Counted from the first letter of the stretch, positions 1-11,770 are shown. The stretch is 64,000 nt of DNA from Eledone cirrhosa (GCA_964016885.1 OZ024746.1:1736001-1800000), one strand, 5' to 3'. Numbers and translations are program-made. The notes: a model not told the origin generated them from the letters alone.

Positions 1-3000
1 TCTCCAATGACACAACACACCACTGAGTAATGTGAAATAAAGTGTCTTCTCCAATGACACAACACACCACTGAGTAATGTGAAATAAAGTGTCTTCTCCA
101 ATGACACAACACACCACTGAGTAATGTGAAATAAAGTGTCTTCTCCAATGACACAACACACCACTGAGTAATGTGAAATAAAGTGTCTTCTCCAATGACA
201 CAACACACCACTGAGTAATGTGAAATAAAGTGTCTTCTCCAATGACACAACACACCACTGAGTAATGTGAAATAAAGTGTCTTCTCCAATGACATAACAC
301 ACCACTGAGTAATGTGAAATAAAGTGTCTTCTCCAATGACACAACACACCACTGAGTAATGTGAAATAAAGTGTCTTCTCCAATGACACAACACACCACT
401 GAGTAATGTGAAATAAAGTGTCTTCTCCAATGACACAACACACCACTGAGTAATGTGAAATAAAGTGTCTTCTCCAATGACACAACACACCACTGAGTAA
501 TGTGAAATAAAGTGTCTTCTCCAATGACACAACACACCACTGAGTAATGTGAAATAAAGTGTCTTCTCCAATGACACAACACACCACTGAGTAATGTGAA
601 ATAAAGTGTCTTCTCCAATGACACAACACACCACTGAGTAATGTGAAATAAAGTGTCTTCTCCAATGACACAACACACCACTGAGTAATGTGAAATAAAG
701 TGTCTTCTCCAATGACACAACACACCACTGAGTAATGTGAAATAAAGTGTCTTCTCCAATGACACAACACACCACTGAGTAATGTGAAATAAAGTGTCTT
801 CTCCAATGACATAACACACCACTGAGTAATGTGAAATAAAGTGTCTTCTCCAATGACACAACACACCACTGAGTAATGTGAAATAAAGTGTCTTCTCCAA
901 TGACACAACACACCACTGAGTAATGTGAAATAAAGTGTCTTCTCCAATGACACAACACACCACTGAGTAATGTGAAATAAAGTGTCTTCTCCAATGACAC
1001 AACACACCACTGAGTAATGTGAAATAAAGTGTCTTCTCCAATGACACAACACACCACTGAGTAATGTGAAATAAAGTGTCTTCTCCAATGACATAACACA
1101 CCACTGAGTAATGTGAAATAAAGTGTCTTCTCCAATGACACAACACACCACTGAGTAATGTGAAATAAAGTGTCTTCTCCAATGACACAACACACCACTG
1201 AGTAATGTGAAATAAAGTGTCTTCTCCAATGACATAACACACCACTGAGTAATGTGAAATAAAGTGTCTTCTCCAATGACACAACACACCACTGAGTAAT
1301 GTGAAATAAAGTGTCTTCTCCAATGACACAACACACCACTGAGTAATGTGAAATAAAGTGTCTTCTCCAATGACACAACACACCACTGAGTAATGTGAAA
1401 TAAAGTGTCTTCTCCAATGACATAACACACCACTGAGTAATGTGAAATAAAGTGTCTTCTCCAATGACACAACACACCACTGAGTAATGTGAAATAAAGT
1501 GTCTTCTCCAATGACACAACACACCACTGAGTAATGTGAAATAAAGTGTCTTCTCCAATGACACAACACACCACTGAGTAATGTGAAATAAAGTGTCTTC
1601 TCCAATGACACAACACACCACTGAGTAATGTGAAATAAAGTGTCTTCTCCAATGACATAACACACCACTGAGTAATGTGAAATAAAGTGTCTTCTCCAAT
1701 GACACAACACACCACTGAGTAATGTGAAATAAAGTGTCTTCTCCAATGACACAACACACCACTGAGTAATGTGAAATAAAGTGTCTTCTCCAATGACATA
1801 ACACACCACTGAGTAATGTGAAATAAAGTGTCTTCTCCAATGACACAACACACCACTGAGTAATGTGAAATAAAGTGTCTTCTCCAATGACACAACACAC
1901 CACTGAGTAATGTGAAATAAAGTGTCTTCTCCAATGACATAACACACCACTGAGTAATGTGAAATAAAGTGTCTTCTCCAATGACACAACACACCACTGA
2001 GTAATGTGAAATAAAGTGTCTTCTCCAATGACACAACACACCACTGAGTAATGTGAAATAAAGTGTCTTCTCCAATGACACAACACACCACTGAGTAATG
2101 TGAAATAAAGTGTCTTCTCCAATGACACAACACACCACTGAGTAATGTGAAATAAAGTGTCTTCTCCAATGACACAACACACCACTGAGTAATGTGAAAT
2201 AAAGTGTCTTCTCCAATGACACAACACACCACTGAGTAATGTGAAATAAAGTGTCTTCTCCAATGACACAACACACCACTGAGTAATGTGAAATAAAGTG
2301 TCTTCTCCAATGACATAACACACCACTGAGTAATGTGAAATAAAGTGTCTTCGTGAAATAAAGTGGTCTTCTCCAATGACATAACACACCACTGAGTAAT
2401 TGAAATAAAGTGTCTTCTCCAATGACATAACACACCACTGAGTAATGTGAAATAAAGTGTCTTCTCCAATGACATACACACCACTGAGTAATGTGAAATA
2501 AAGTGTCTTCTCCAATGACATAACACACCACTGAGTAATGTGAAATAAAGTGTCTTCTCCAATGACACAACACACCACTGAGTAATGTGAAATAAAGTGT
2601 CTTCTCCAATGACATAACACACCACTGAGTAATGTGAAATAAAGTGTCTTCTCCAATGACACAACACACCACTGAGTAATGTGAAATAAAGTGTCTTCTC
2701 CAATGACACAACACACCACTGAGTAATGTGAAATAAAGTGTCTTCTCCAATGACACAACACACCACTGAGTAATGTGAAATAAAGTGTCTTCTCCAATGA
2801 CATAACACACCACTGAGTAATGTGAAATAAAGTGTCTTCTCCAATGACATAACACACCACTGAGTAATGTGAAATAAAGTGTCTTCTCCAATGACATAAC
2901 ACACCACTGAGTAATGTGAAATAAAGTGTCTTCTCCAATGACACAACACACCACTGAGTAATGTGAAATAAAGTGTCTTCTCCAATGACATAACACACCA

Positions 3001-4832
3001 CTGAGTAATGTGAAATAAAGTGTCTTCTCCAATGACATAACACACCACTGAGTAATGTGAAATAAAGTGTCTTCTCCAATGACATAACACACCACTGAGT
3101 AATGTGAAATAAAGTGTCTTCTCCAATGACACAACACACCACTGAGTAATGTGAAATAAAGTGTCTTCTCCAATGACACAACACACCACTGAGTAATGTG
3201 AAATAAAGTGTCTTCTCCAATGACACAACACACCACTGAGTAATGTGAAATAAAGTGTCTTCTCCAATGACACAACACACCACTGAGTAATGTGAAATAA
3301 AGTGTCTTCTCCAATGACACAACACACCACTGAGTAATGTGAAATAAAGTGTCTTCTCCAATGACACAACACACCACTGAGTAATGTGAAATAAAGTGTC
3401 TTCTCCAATGACACAACACACCACTGAGTAATGTGAAATAAAGTGTCTTCTCCAATGACATAACACACCACTGAGTAATGTGAAATAAAGTGTCTTCTCC
3501 AATGACACAACACACCACTGAGTAATGTGAAATAAAGTGTCTTCTCCAATGACACAACACACCACTGAGTAATGTGAAATAAAGTGTCTTCTCCAATGAC
3601 ACAACACACCACTGAGTAATGTGAAATAAAGTGTCTTCTCCAATGACACAACACACCACTGAGTAATGTGAAATAAAGTGTCTTCTCCAATGACACAACA
3701 CACCACTGAGTAATGTGAAATAAAGTGTCTTCTCCAATGACACAACACACCACTGAGTAATGTGAAATAAAGTGTCTTCTCCAATGACACAACACACCAC
3801 TGAGTAATGTGAAATAAAGTGTCTTCTCCAATGACACAACACACCACTGAGTAATGTGAAATAAAGTGTCTTCTCCAATGACACAACACACCACTGAGTA
3901 ATGTGAAATAAAGTGTCTTCTCCAATGACACAACACACCACTGAGTAATGTGAAATAAAGTGTCTTCTCCAATGACACAACACACCACTGAGTAATGTGA
4001 AATAAAGTGTCTTCTCCAATGACACAACACACCACTGAGTAATGTGAAATAAAGTGTCTTCTCCAATGACACAACACACCACTGAGTAATGTGAAATAAA
4101 GTGTCTTCTCCAATGACACAACACACCACTGAGTAATGTGAAATAAAGTGTCTTCTCCAATGACACAACACACCACTGAGTAATGTGAAATAAAGTGTCT
4201 TCTCCAATGACACAACACACCACTGAGTAATGTGAAATAAAGTGTCTTCTCCAATGACACAACACACCACTGAGTAATGTGAAATAAAGTGTCTTCTCCA
4301 ATGACACAACACACCACTGAGTAATGTGAAATAAAGTGTCTTCTCCAATGACACAACACACCACTGAGTAATGTGAAATAAAGTGTCTTCTCCAATGACA
4401 CAACACACCACTGAGTAATGTGAAATAAAGTGTCTTCTCCAATGACACAACACACCACTGAGTAATGTGAAATAAAGTGTCTTCTCCAATGACACAACAC
4501 ACCACTGAGTAATGTGAAATAAAGTGTCTTCTCCAATGACACAACACACCACTGAGTAATGTGAAATAAAGTGTCTTCTCCAATGACACAACACACCACT
4601 GAGTAATGTGAAATAAAGTGTCTTCTCCAATGACACAACACACCACTGAGTAATGTGAAATAAAGTGTCTTCTCCAATGACACAACACACCACTGAGTAA
4701 TGTGAAATAAAGTGTCTTCTCCAATGACACAACACACCACTGAGTAATGTGAAATAAAGTGTCTTCTCCAATGACACAACACACCACTGAGTAATGTGAA
4801 ATAAAGTGTCTTCTCCAATGACACAACACACC
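1..4832. repeat. 47-bp satellite, about 103 copies, open at the window start; unit is the reverse complement of a SINE core segment
   Basis: Unit tctccaatgacacaacacaccactgagtaatgtgaaataaagtgtct repeats with period 47. Mainly cac/cat variants, with one irregular patch at about 2350-2480. Confidence 0.98.
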
Positions 4833-4900
4833 ACCAGGCCAGGGAATCCCACAACCTGGTGAGTATAAGCCCAACACTAACCACTAAACCATATGGCTTC
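4833..4900 (-). mobile_element. Degenerate tRNA-derived SINE head (family A), contiguous with the 47-bp satellite
   Basis: Reverse complement gaagccatatggtttagtggttagtgttggg... matches the head ggaggcacatggcttagtggttagagcattgg at 7491. Confidence 0.75.
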
Positions 4901-4989
4901 ACAGCATACATACATTTGTGTGTGTGCGCGCGTTGGTGAGTGAAAGTTTACCAATCAGTTATATAGCCTCTTCCTGTATGTCGGCTACA

Positions 4990-5027
4990 AGGTGCGTGTG
5001 TGTTGTGTTGTGTGTATGTTGTGTGTG

Positions 5028-5099
<72 letters not shown>

Positions 5100-5340
5100 C
5101 GCGCCTGTCTGTCTCTCTCTGTGTGTGTGTGTATGTCTGTGTCTCTCCCTCTATCTGTCTGTCTCTCTCTCTCTCTCTCCCTCTGTGTGTGTGTATGTCT
5201 GTGTCTCTCTCTCTCCCTCTGTGTGTGTGTGTATGTCTGTGTCTCTCCCCCCCTCTCTCTCTCTCTCTCTCTCTCCCTCTGTGTGTGTGTATGTCTGTCT
5301 CTCTCTCTCTCTCTCTCCCTCTGTCTGCCTGTGTGTCTGT
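4990..5340. repeat. Compound (GT)n/(CT)n microsatellite
   Basis: Read directly; source of the VCVC/THTH pseudo-ORFs. Confidence 0.95.
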
Positions 5341-6288
5341 ATCTGACATCTCCCCAGCCCCAATATAACCCTGCCCCACCAACCACCCCACTCCAGCCCT
5401 GTCAATATTATAATCTCACTGGGTTTCTATAATGAAATAGTTTTCAATAGCATTAAGATAATTATCCCCATATGTCAGTGTATATCTCTATGGTGTATGT
5501 CTATATATATGTTGGTTGTATGTGTGTGTGTAGTATATATTTGTGTGTGTGTGTATACCATATATTTGTATGTACGTGTGTGCTATATATTTATATGTGC
5601 TGTATATTTATATGTATGTATATGTTGTATATCATACCTATGTGTGTTTGTGTGTTTGTGAATGTGTTTGCATGTATGAATGTTTTGTTTAATCCTTAGT
5701 TAACCCTGATACATCAGACCTATAATCAAAGGCCTTCCAGTCATGACCCCCCTTGCTTTCTTTAAAATGGTGTGATTTGAAGGTGATTTAGCTGCTATGT
5801 CTTCCAAGTTGCCTGATCACACACAGGTTTCTTTGCTGGGTAATGTTCTGTGTGTGTAGAAATGTATTTGTGTGTGTGTAAATGTGTTTCCCTGTGTGTG
5901 TGTGTGTGTGTGTGTATGTTAGTGAGCGTGTGTGTGTGTGTGTGTTAGTGAGTCTGTGTGTATGTTAGTGAGTGTGTGTGTATGTTAGTGTGTGTATGTT
6001 AGTGTGTGTGTGTAAGCATGTTGTTGCTGTTATGCTGTCATTTAGTCCCAGATCTCCCTAATCAAGTAAACCCATGACTAAATGTATTTCAGCTGTATCC
6101 CAGCACATATTTTCAGACACAGTATAATGTTGGACTAAATGTCTTTTTTTTACCAAGATAGGTTAGGCTTTGAAGGCTATCTGGCTTCTATTAGCAACAG
6201 ACAATCTTCCTCATTGTATGAATATGTTACTATGCATATAATTACTTCATATAAACTTCATGGCTGTCTATAGGAGCAAATATATATA

Positions 6289-6426
6289 TCATCATCATTT
6301 TATGTCTGCTTTTCATTGCTTGGGAGGTTGGGATGGGTCCTCTTCAACACAGCATCTCTCCATTTGTCACGGTGCTTCGTCATCTCCTCAGTCAGCTTCA
6401 GTGGTCTGAGGTCAGCTCTCACCACA
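6289..6426 (-). mobile_element. RTE LINE (family B) 3' fragment with (GAT)n tail
   Basis: Reverse complement matches 54570-54716 and 61915-62061; catcatcat tail abuts (TA)n. Confidence 0.8.
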
Positions 6427-6692
6427 ATATATATAATACAGTAAACTTCCTAAATAATGGCAAAATCGAGCATTTAAAATGCTGCCATATGAAATCTTTT
6501 GCTGTCTCTTTTAAGAGCACGGTGAAAATTTCAGTCTATTTTCATGTTTGACAATTTAATTTCTTATGATGAAGATTTCAATGGTTTTAACAACAGATAG
6601 TGCACAATGTTATATACACTGTCAATAAATGTTGATAGTATATATAGCATTGTTATATACACTGTCAACATTTATTGACAGTATATATAACA

Positions 6693-6892
6693 NNNNNNNN
6701 NNNNNNNNNNNNNNNNNNNNNNNNNNNNNNNNNNNNNNNNNNNNNNNNNNNNNNNNNNNNNNNNNNNNNNNNNNNNNNNNNNNNNNNNNNNNNNNNNNNN
6801 NNNNNNNNNNNNNNNNNNNNNNNNNNNNNNNNNNNNNNNNNNNNNNNNNNNNNNNNNNNNNNNNNNNNNNNNNNNNNNNNNNNNNNNNNNNN
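6693..6892. other. Assembly gap (200 N)
   Basis: Run of N. Confidence 1.
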
Positions 6893-7149
6893 TTTCTATG
6901 CTCTTCCATATTGTTGTGGGGTTTTGGTGAACTAAGCCAGCAGTCAGGTTAGATACATGGTTAGACACACAATTTCTTCATGTCTGCAACCTTGAAAGAA
7001 ATTCACTTGATCATGTTAACATGAGCTTTACTCTGTATTCTGAGGGTTTATTTGAATAGAACCCAAAGTACCTCTACAAAGTCAGACTAGAAAGGAGAAA
7101 CCAGAGTTAAATCTTACTGAAAAGCAATCAAGAATTAGTTAATACTAAC

Positions 7150-7296
7150 CATAGAAAAATTGGTTGGCCATTGTAAGATAAGCTACAACAAAGAGAGGAT
7201 CAAGCTCCATAGCTTTGGTGCTGTGTTTAAAGGCTTCAGTAAATCTTCCAGCCAGAGAATAGATCTCCGACAGCTTCAAATGAACTTCAGTATTAC
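7150..7296 (-). CDS. JMJD8-like: JmjC/TPR gene, exon 6 of 6 in window: (G)NTEVHLKLSEIYSLAGRFTEAFKHSTKAMELDPLFVVAYLTMANQFFY; TPR-like
   Basis: Acceptor ttcttcttcttaag, donor G|gttagt, 147 nt, phase 1 to 1, open and in frame with the previous exon. TPR-like pattern L..IY...GRF.EA.....KA.ELDP....AY. Confidence 0.85.
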
Positions 7297-7490
7297 CTTA
7301 AGAAGAAGAAAAATACATAAAAATTCAGAGAATTCTTGATGCAAAAGTCTCTTTCCTACTATATATTTCTTCATTGTACTGTGTTGTTTGCTTCGTTATT
7401 TCTATTTGTCTGTTGCATAAGTGGATGATGATGGTCATCAAAAACAAAACATAGTATAATGAGGCTGTTTGCCTACATATATATATATAT

Positions 7491-7825
7491 GGAGGCACAT
7501 GGCTTAGTGGTTAGAGCATTGGCCTTGCAATCGAAAGGTTGTAAGTTCAATTCTCCGACCGGGTGATGTGTTGTTTCCTTGAGTAAGACACTTTATTTCA
7601 CATTGCTCCAGTTTACTCAGCTGTAGAAATGAGATGATAGGACTGGGGGTCCCTATCATTCCACTGTAAAGTGGTCTTGGAGGTCCCACGGCAACAAAGC
7701 ACCCAGCACTCACTGTAAATGAGATTGGTGTTAGGAAGGGCATCCAGCTGTAGAAATCAAGCCAGAATCAGTTCCCGTCCCACCCTTGCAAGCAGGGAAA
7801 AGCGGACGTAAAATGAAATGAAAAT
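7491..7825 (+). mobile_element. Full-length tRNA-derived SINE (family A): tRNA head, CORE-like segment and RTE-derived 3' end
   Basis: A-box-like tggcttagtggttag and B-box-like gttcaattc; near-identical copies at 12463-12620 and 62897-63285. Confidence 0.9.
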
Positions 7826-7836
7826 GGAATATATAT

Positions 7837-9978
7837 CATCATCATCATCATCACCGTTTTTACGTCCGTTCTTCCCACGCTAGCATGGGTTAGACGGGTT
7901 GTCCTGTTGTGTGCAGTGTCTGGTCGGCTGACCATGCCTTGCTCATACAGGAACTGATCTGGCTTGATTTCTACAGCTGGATGCCCTTCCTAACACCAAC
8001 CTCATTTACAGTGAGTGCTGGGTGCTTTTTCGTGGCGCCTACACGACCACTTTACAGTGTGGGCTGGGTGCTTTTTTGCCGTGGCACCTCCACGACCACC
8101 TTGCGGTGGGGGGTGTGGGGGCATATTGTTTATATGCTTCAGCATGTACCCATGGGAGGTCGGGTACTCTGTATTACTGCGTGACGCCAGAAGTCACGGT
8201 CGTGTGTCATTGTCTTTGAGAGGTGTAGTTGGGTAAGGTCGGATTTTATCACCTCATCCCAGGTCATCTTGGGTCTCCCCACTCCGCGGTTTCCATCAAC
8301 TTCTAGTGCTCTGCACCTTTTTATGCAGCTGTCATCCTTCATACGCATCACATGTCCATACCAGCGCAACCGCCTCTCCTGCACACAGCATTTGATTCCT
8401 CTTATGCTCAGTCTCTCTCTCAATTCATTTATGCTTTGTCGTTCACGTATATTACTGTTACACATCCATCGGAGCATGCAGGCTTCGTTTCTCTCTAATC
8501 TACGTAAGTCTTCCACCTTCAGCGCCCAGGTCTCACTACCATGCAACATCGCTGTTCGGATACACGCATCATACAGTCTGCCTTTCATTCTGAGGGAGAA
8601 GCCTTTTGCAGCTAGCAGTGGTAGTAGTTCCCTAAACTTCTTCATCCCGTTCTTACCCTAGTTATTGTACTTTCTGAACACCCACCTCCGTTGCTAATTC
8701 GGTCACCTAGGTAGCAGAAGCTGTCTACTGTTTCTACAGGGCCCTCCCAGAGATTGGTGGTACTTGTTTCCTGTGGCTGTTTGCTGCTTGCTGTTTCAGC
8801 ACAGCTGCTGCATGTGAATCCTACATTCTTAATTAAGCTTCCTGAGATCCCGCTACATCTCTTGTGTACCCATTGTTTGCATTTGGGGCAGAGAATGGAG
8901 TTCCTACCTACACCTTTCCTACATACTGAGCAAGGCCATTTCCCTGAGGGGATCTGGGTTCTGTTTTCTCGTCTACTTACAAGGACCTTAGTCTTTGTCA
9001 TGTTGACTTTGAGACCCTTTCTTTCTAGTCCCTGCTTCCAGGTTTGGAATTTATTCTCTAGTTCTACCATAGATTCTGCTATGAGTGCGAGGTCATCAGC
9101 ATACAGGAGTTCCCATGGGCATCCGGTCTTAAACTCCTCCGTTATTGCCTGCAGGACTATGATGAACAGGAGAGGGCTAAGAACAGAGCCCTGGTGGACC
9201 CCAACCTGTACGCTAAATTCCTTGCTATACTCATTGCTAATCCTAACTTTGCTGACTGCTCCCCTATACATGGCTTGTACCGCTTTCACAAGCCATTCAT
9301 CTACTCCTAGTTTTCTAAGAGCCCACCAGATTACCGCACGTGGAACTCTGTCAAAGGCTTTCTCAAGGTCGACAAATGCCAAGTAGAGTGGCTTACTTTT
9401 AGCTAGGTACTTTTCCTGTAATTGCCTCACAAGGAAGAGGGCATCAGTGGTGCCTTTCCCTAGTACAAACCCAAATTGCATCTCGTCTATTTTCACCCGG
9501 TCCCTAATCAGCTGTGCTATAACTCTTTCTGTTACTTTCATGACCTGGTCCATCAACTTTATACCTCTATAGTTTCCTCTATCTAGTGCATCGCCTTTAC
9601 CTTTGTAGCAGTTGACAATGATGCTACTGCACAAATCTTTTGGTATGGCCCCTTCTAGTATTACCTGGTTAACGATACGTGTGGTTATAGTGTGACCTAC
9701 AGACCCAGATGCCTTCAGCATCTCGGCAGCTATCCCCGATGGACCGGTTGCCTTCCCCATCTTCATATCTCTGATTGCCTTACTTACTACGCTGCCGCTG
9801 ACTTGTACTGCTGGTCCCTCTATAGGGTCTACTTGGGGTAGGGTCTCTTCTTCCCATGCATTCTCCTCATTTAGTAATCTATCATAATGACTCTTCCATG
9901 CATCTTTCTTCTCAGCACTTGTGAGGGCAAGCTCACCTTTATCATTCCGGATACACTTCTCTCCAATGACATCACAAC
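7837..9978 (-). mobile_element. 5'-truncated RTE-clade LINE (family A): RT, PHD finger, C-terminal region, 3' UTR and (GAT)n tail
   Basis: Motifs GNYRGIKL, QFGF, AFVDLEKAFDRV, GVHQGSVLSPLLF, LLYADD, YLG, RLRWYGHV, GRPKMTW. The frame is open from about 9976 (CDVIGEKCIRND...). A single 1-bp deletion at about 8643 (GGA TG[G] AAG) splits ORF 8642-9766 from ORF 8139-8645. Confidence 0.96.
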
Positions 9979-10028
9979 TATATATATATATGAAAAGTGT
10001 AATTTACTACACAAAACGAAGGTTATAG

Positions 10029-10096
10029 AGAAAATTGAGGTTGGTAATGGCACATGGAATATATATATATTCCATGTGCCATTACCAACCTCAATT

Positions 10097-10100
<4 letters not shown>
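10029..10100. repeat. Perfect 72-bp palindrome centred on (AT)6
   Basis: agaaaattgaggttggtaatggcacatgga-(at)6-tccatgtgccattaccaacctcaattttct. Confidence 0.95.
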
Positions 10101-10136
<36 letters not shown>

Positions 10137-10344
10137 GCTTATGTGAACCCTTAAAATCGTTGGATTCCTACACTGGATTTTTACCCACTACTTCCAGACT
10201 CCTCCCATGAGCACAGACTGAAGCATGCATCTAGTATGCACCACCTTCATTTCTCTCCCCCTTCCATACCCCTCCCACACCCTAACACCCCACCTATGTC
10301 CTAATACTCTACCCCACACACCCCCTCCACCAAAGTCCCCAGTC

Positions 10345-10750
10345 CACACTGTAAATGTGACATTAGGAAGGACATCCAGCCATAGAAACCAAATCAGAAA
10401 CAGTTCTGTATGAGCAAGACACGGTCACCTGACCCAACTTCCCTCAAATGGGACAATCCATCTAACCCATGCTAGCGTGGAAAATAGACATTAAACGATG
10501 ATGATGATATATATGTGTATACACACTTACACACATATATACATAGCACCATAAACTATGGCCTAGACAAATTGTATGGCTGAAAAGAACTTTATATATA
10601 TATATTCATTTCTTATCTATCATGTAAGAAAAAAAAACACTTCCTTCCCTTGTAAGTTCTTGAGCAAATCATGGTCATTAGATCTGCCTTGTCTCACAAG
10701 GCAACCCGTCTAACCCATGCTAGCGGGGACAATGGACAATAAATGATGAT
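10345..10750 (+). mobile_element. Two degraded RTE-A 3'-end fragments (about 10345-10508 and 10660-10750)
   Basis: ttaggaaggacatccagc...ctaacccatgctagcg...gatgatg matches the LINE 3' UTR. Confidence 0.75.
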
Positions 10751-10897
10751 ATATATATATATTGTTATAAACTAATAAATATGCTATTCTTTCAAAAGAG
10801 ATGAGTTTTGAAATATCTTTTATTTTCCTTCATTAAAATATTAAAATTGGAAATTATAGAAAACAGAAAAAAAATCTGATAAATTTATTGAAGTTAC

Positions 10898-11017
10898 CTG
10901 GAAGTAGTTTCAAAAGAGATTCATGAATCTGTGTTTGTTTGTTTATGACAAACTCTTTTTCAGATGAATTTAGTCTTTGGTTCTTTACTTCTTGGATCTG
11001 TGAATTATATTTCAATT
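10898..11017 (-). CDS. JMJD8-like: JmjC/TPR gene, exon 5: (E)LKYNSQIQEVKNQRLNSSEKEFVINKQTQIHESLLKLLP
   Basis: Acceptor tctttctcttcag, donor CCAG|gtaact, 120 nt, phase 1 to 1, open and compatible with both neighbouring exons. Confidence 0.8.
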
Positions 11018-11194
11018 CTGAAGAGAAAGAAACCAAATAAAACATTGAAACAACAACAAAGAGACCGATAAAGTATTGTAATTAAAAGTTTAGAACATTC
11101 TAGTAGATACATTTGACAGGATGCCTGGTTGATGTACACATTTATATAGCACTCAATACATGTGTTAAAGTGACATCCAAACAAGTATCCTCCA

Positions 11195-11625
11195 CCACTA
11201 ACTTACCCTCCACCTCTGGGTCCCGGCTGACAGAATGGAGAATACATTGCCCCGAAGGACAGTGAGGGAGATATGCTGGAACAGCCACTCCACCTCACGG
11301 GACTCACACCAGCAGGCAGCCAACTCTGCTCTGATAGCAATGAGTAGGGATGTAGTCTGGGGGCCAAGAACACCGGAAGTCTCCACTGCTACAGGCTCTA
11401 CCACAAACATATCCAAGAGCGGCCAATACTTAAACAATTTGCCCTCTTCAGCTTGGTGGGACAGCAGAGCCTGGACTGGTGGCCAAATGTACCAGGTTGC
11501 CACAGCATGATGAGGGGCCTATGCTTGTGGAATGGAAAGATAGTCATTGCTGTTTGACCTTTTGCCGTCCCCCCGGTCCAGCCCTGCTGGGATGGGAAGC
11601 CTTCACTGTCCAGGCCATGCAAGAG
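11195..11625 (-). mobile_element. Degraded CRE-clade non-LTR retrotransposon, restriction-like endonuclease C-terminus
   Basis: AEEGKLFKY...EPVAVETSGVLGP...REVEWLFQHISLTVLRGN; upstream MTIFPF in another frame. Confidence 0.75.
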
Positions 11626-11667
11626 ATCATAAATTATATAAATGTGATTTAGGTTGTATATGAATAC

Positions 11668-11770
11668 CTTCATAAAATAATTTTTCAATTTTAGTGGCTG
11701 GTTCCTTCTTCTGGATTCCAATTGCTAATGTGTCACCAATATTGAGTGTGCTGTGGTAATATGACTCAGG
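11668..11770 (-). CDS. JMJD8-like: JmjC/TPR gene, exon 4: PESYYHSTLNIGDTLAIGIQKKEPATKIEKLFYE (distal His of JmjC)
   Basis: Acceptor tttttgtttatag, donor GAAG|gtattc, 103 nt, phase 0 to 1. Continues GEILYL|PESYYHSTLN, the JmjC C-terminal motif. Not in the supplied ORF track. Confidence 0.92.

Noticed and set aside
1-4832. CRISPR-like appearance of the regular arrays (also 15192-17345)
   Set aside because: No unique spacers and no cas genes; eukaryotic context.
7491-7565. tRNA gene
   Set aside because: The tRNA-like head continues into SINE core and LINE tail and is multicopy; no complete cloverleaf or terminator seen.
9958-9978. 12-bp match tctccaatgaca between the LINE 5' end and the 47-bp satellite
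   Set aside because: Short match within RT coding sequence; plausibly chance.
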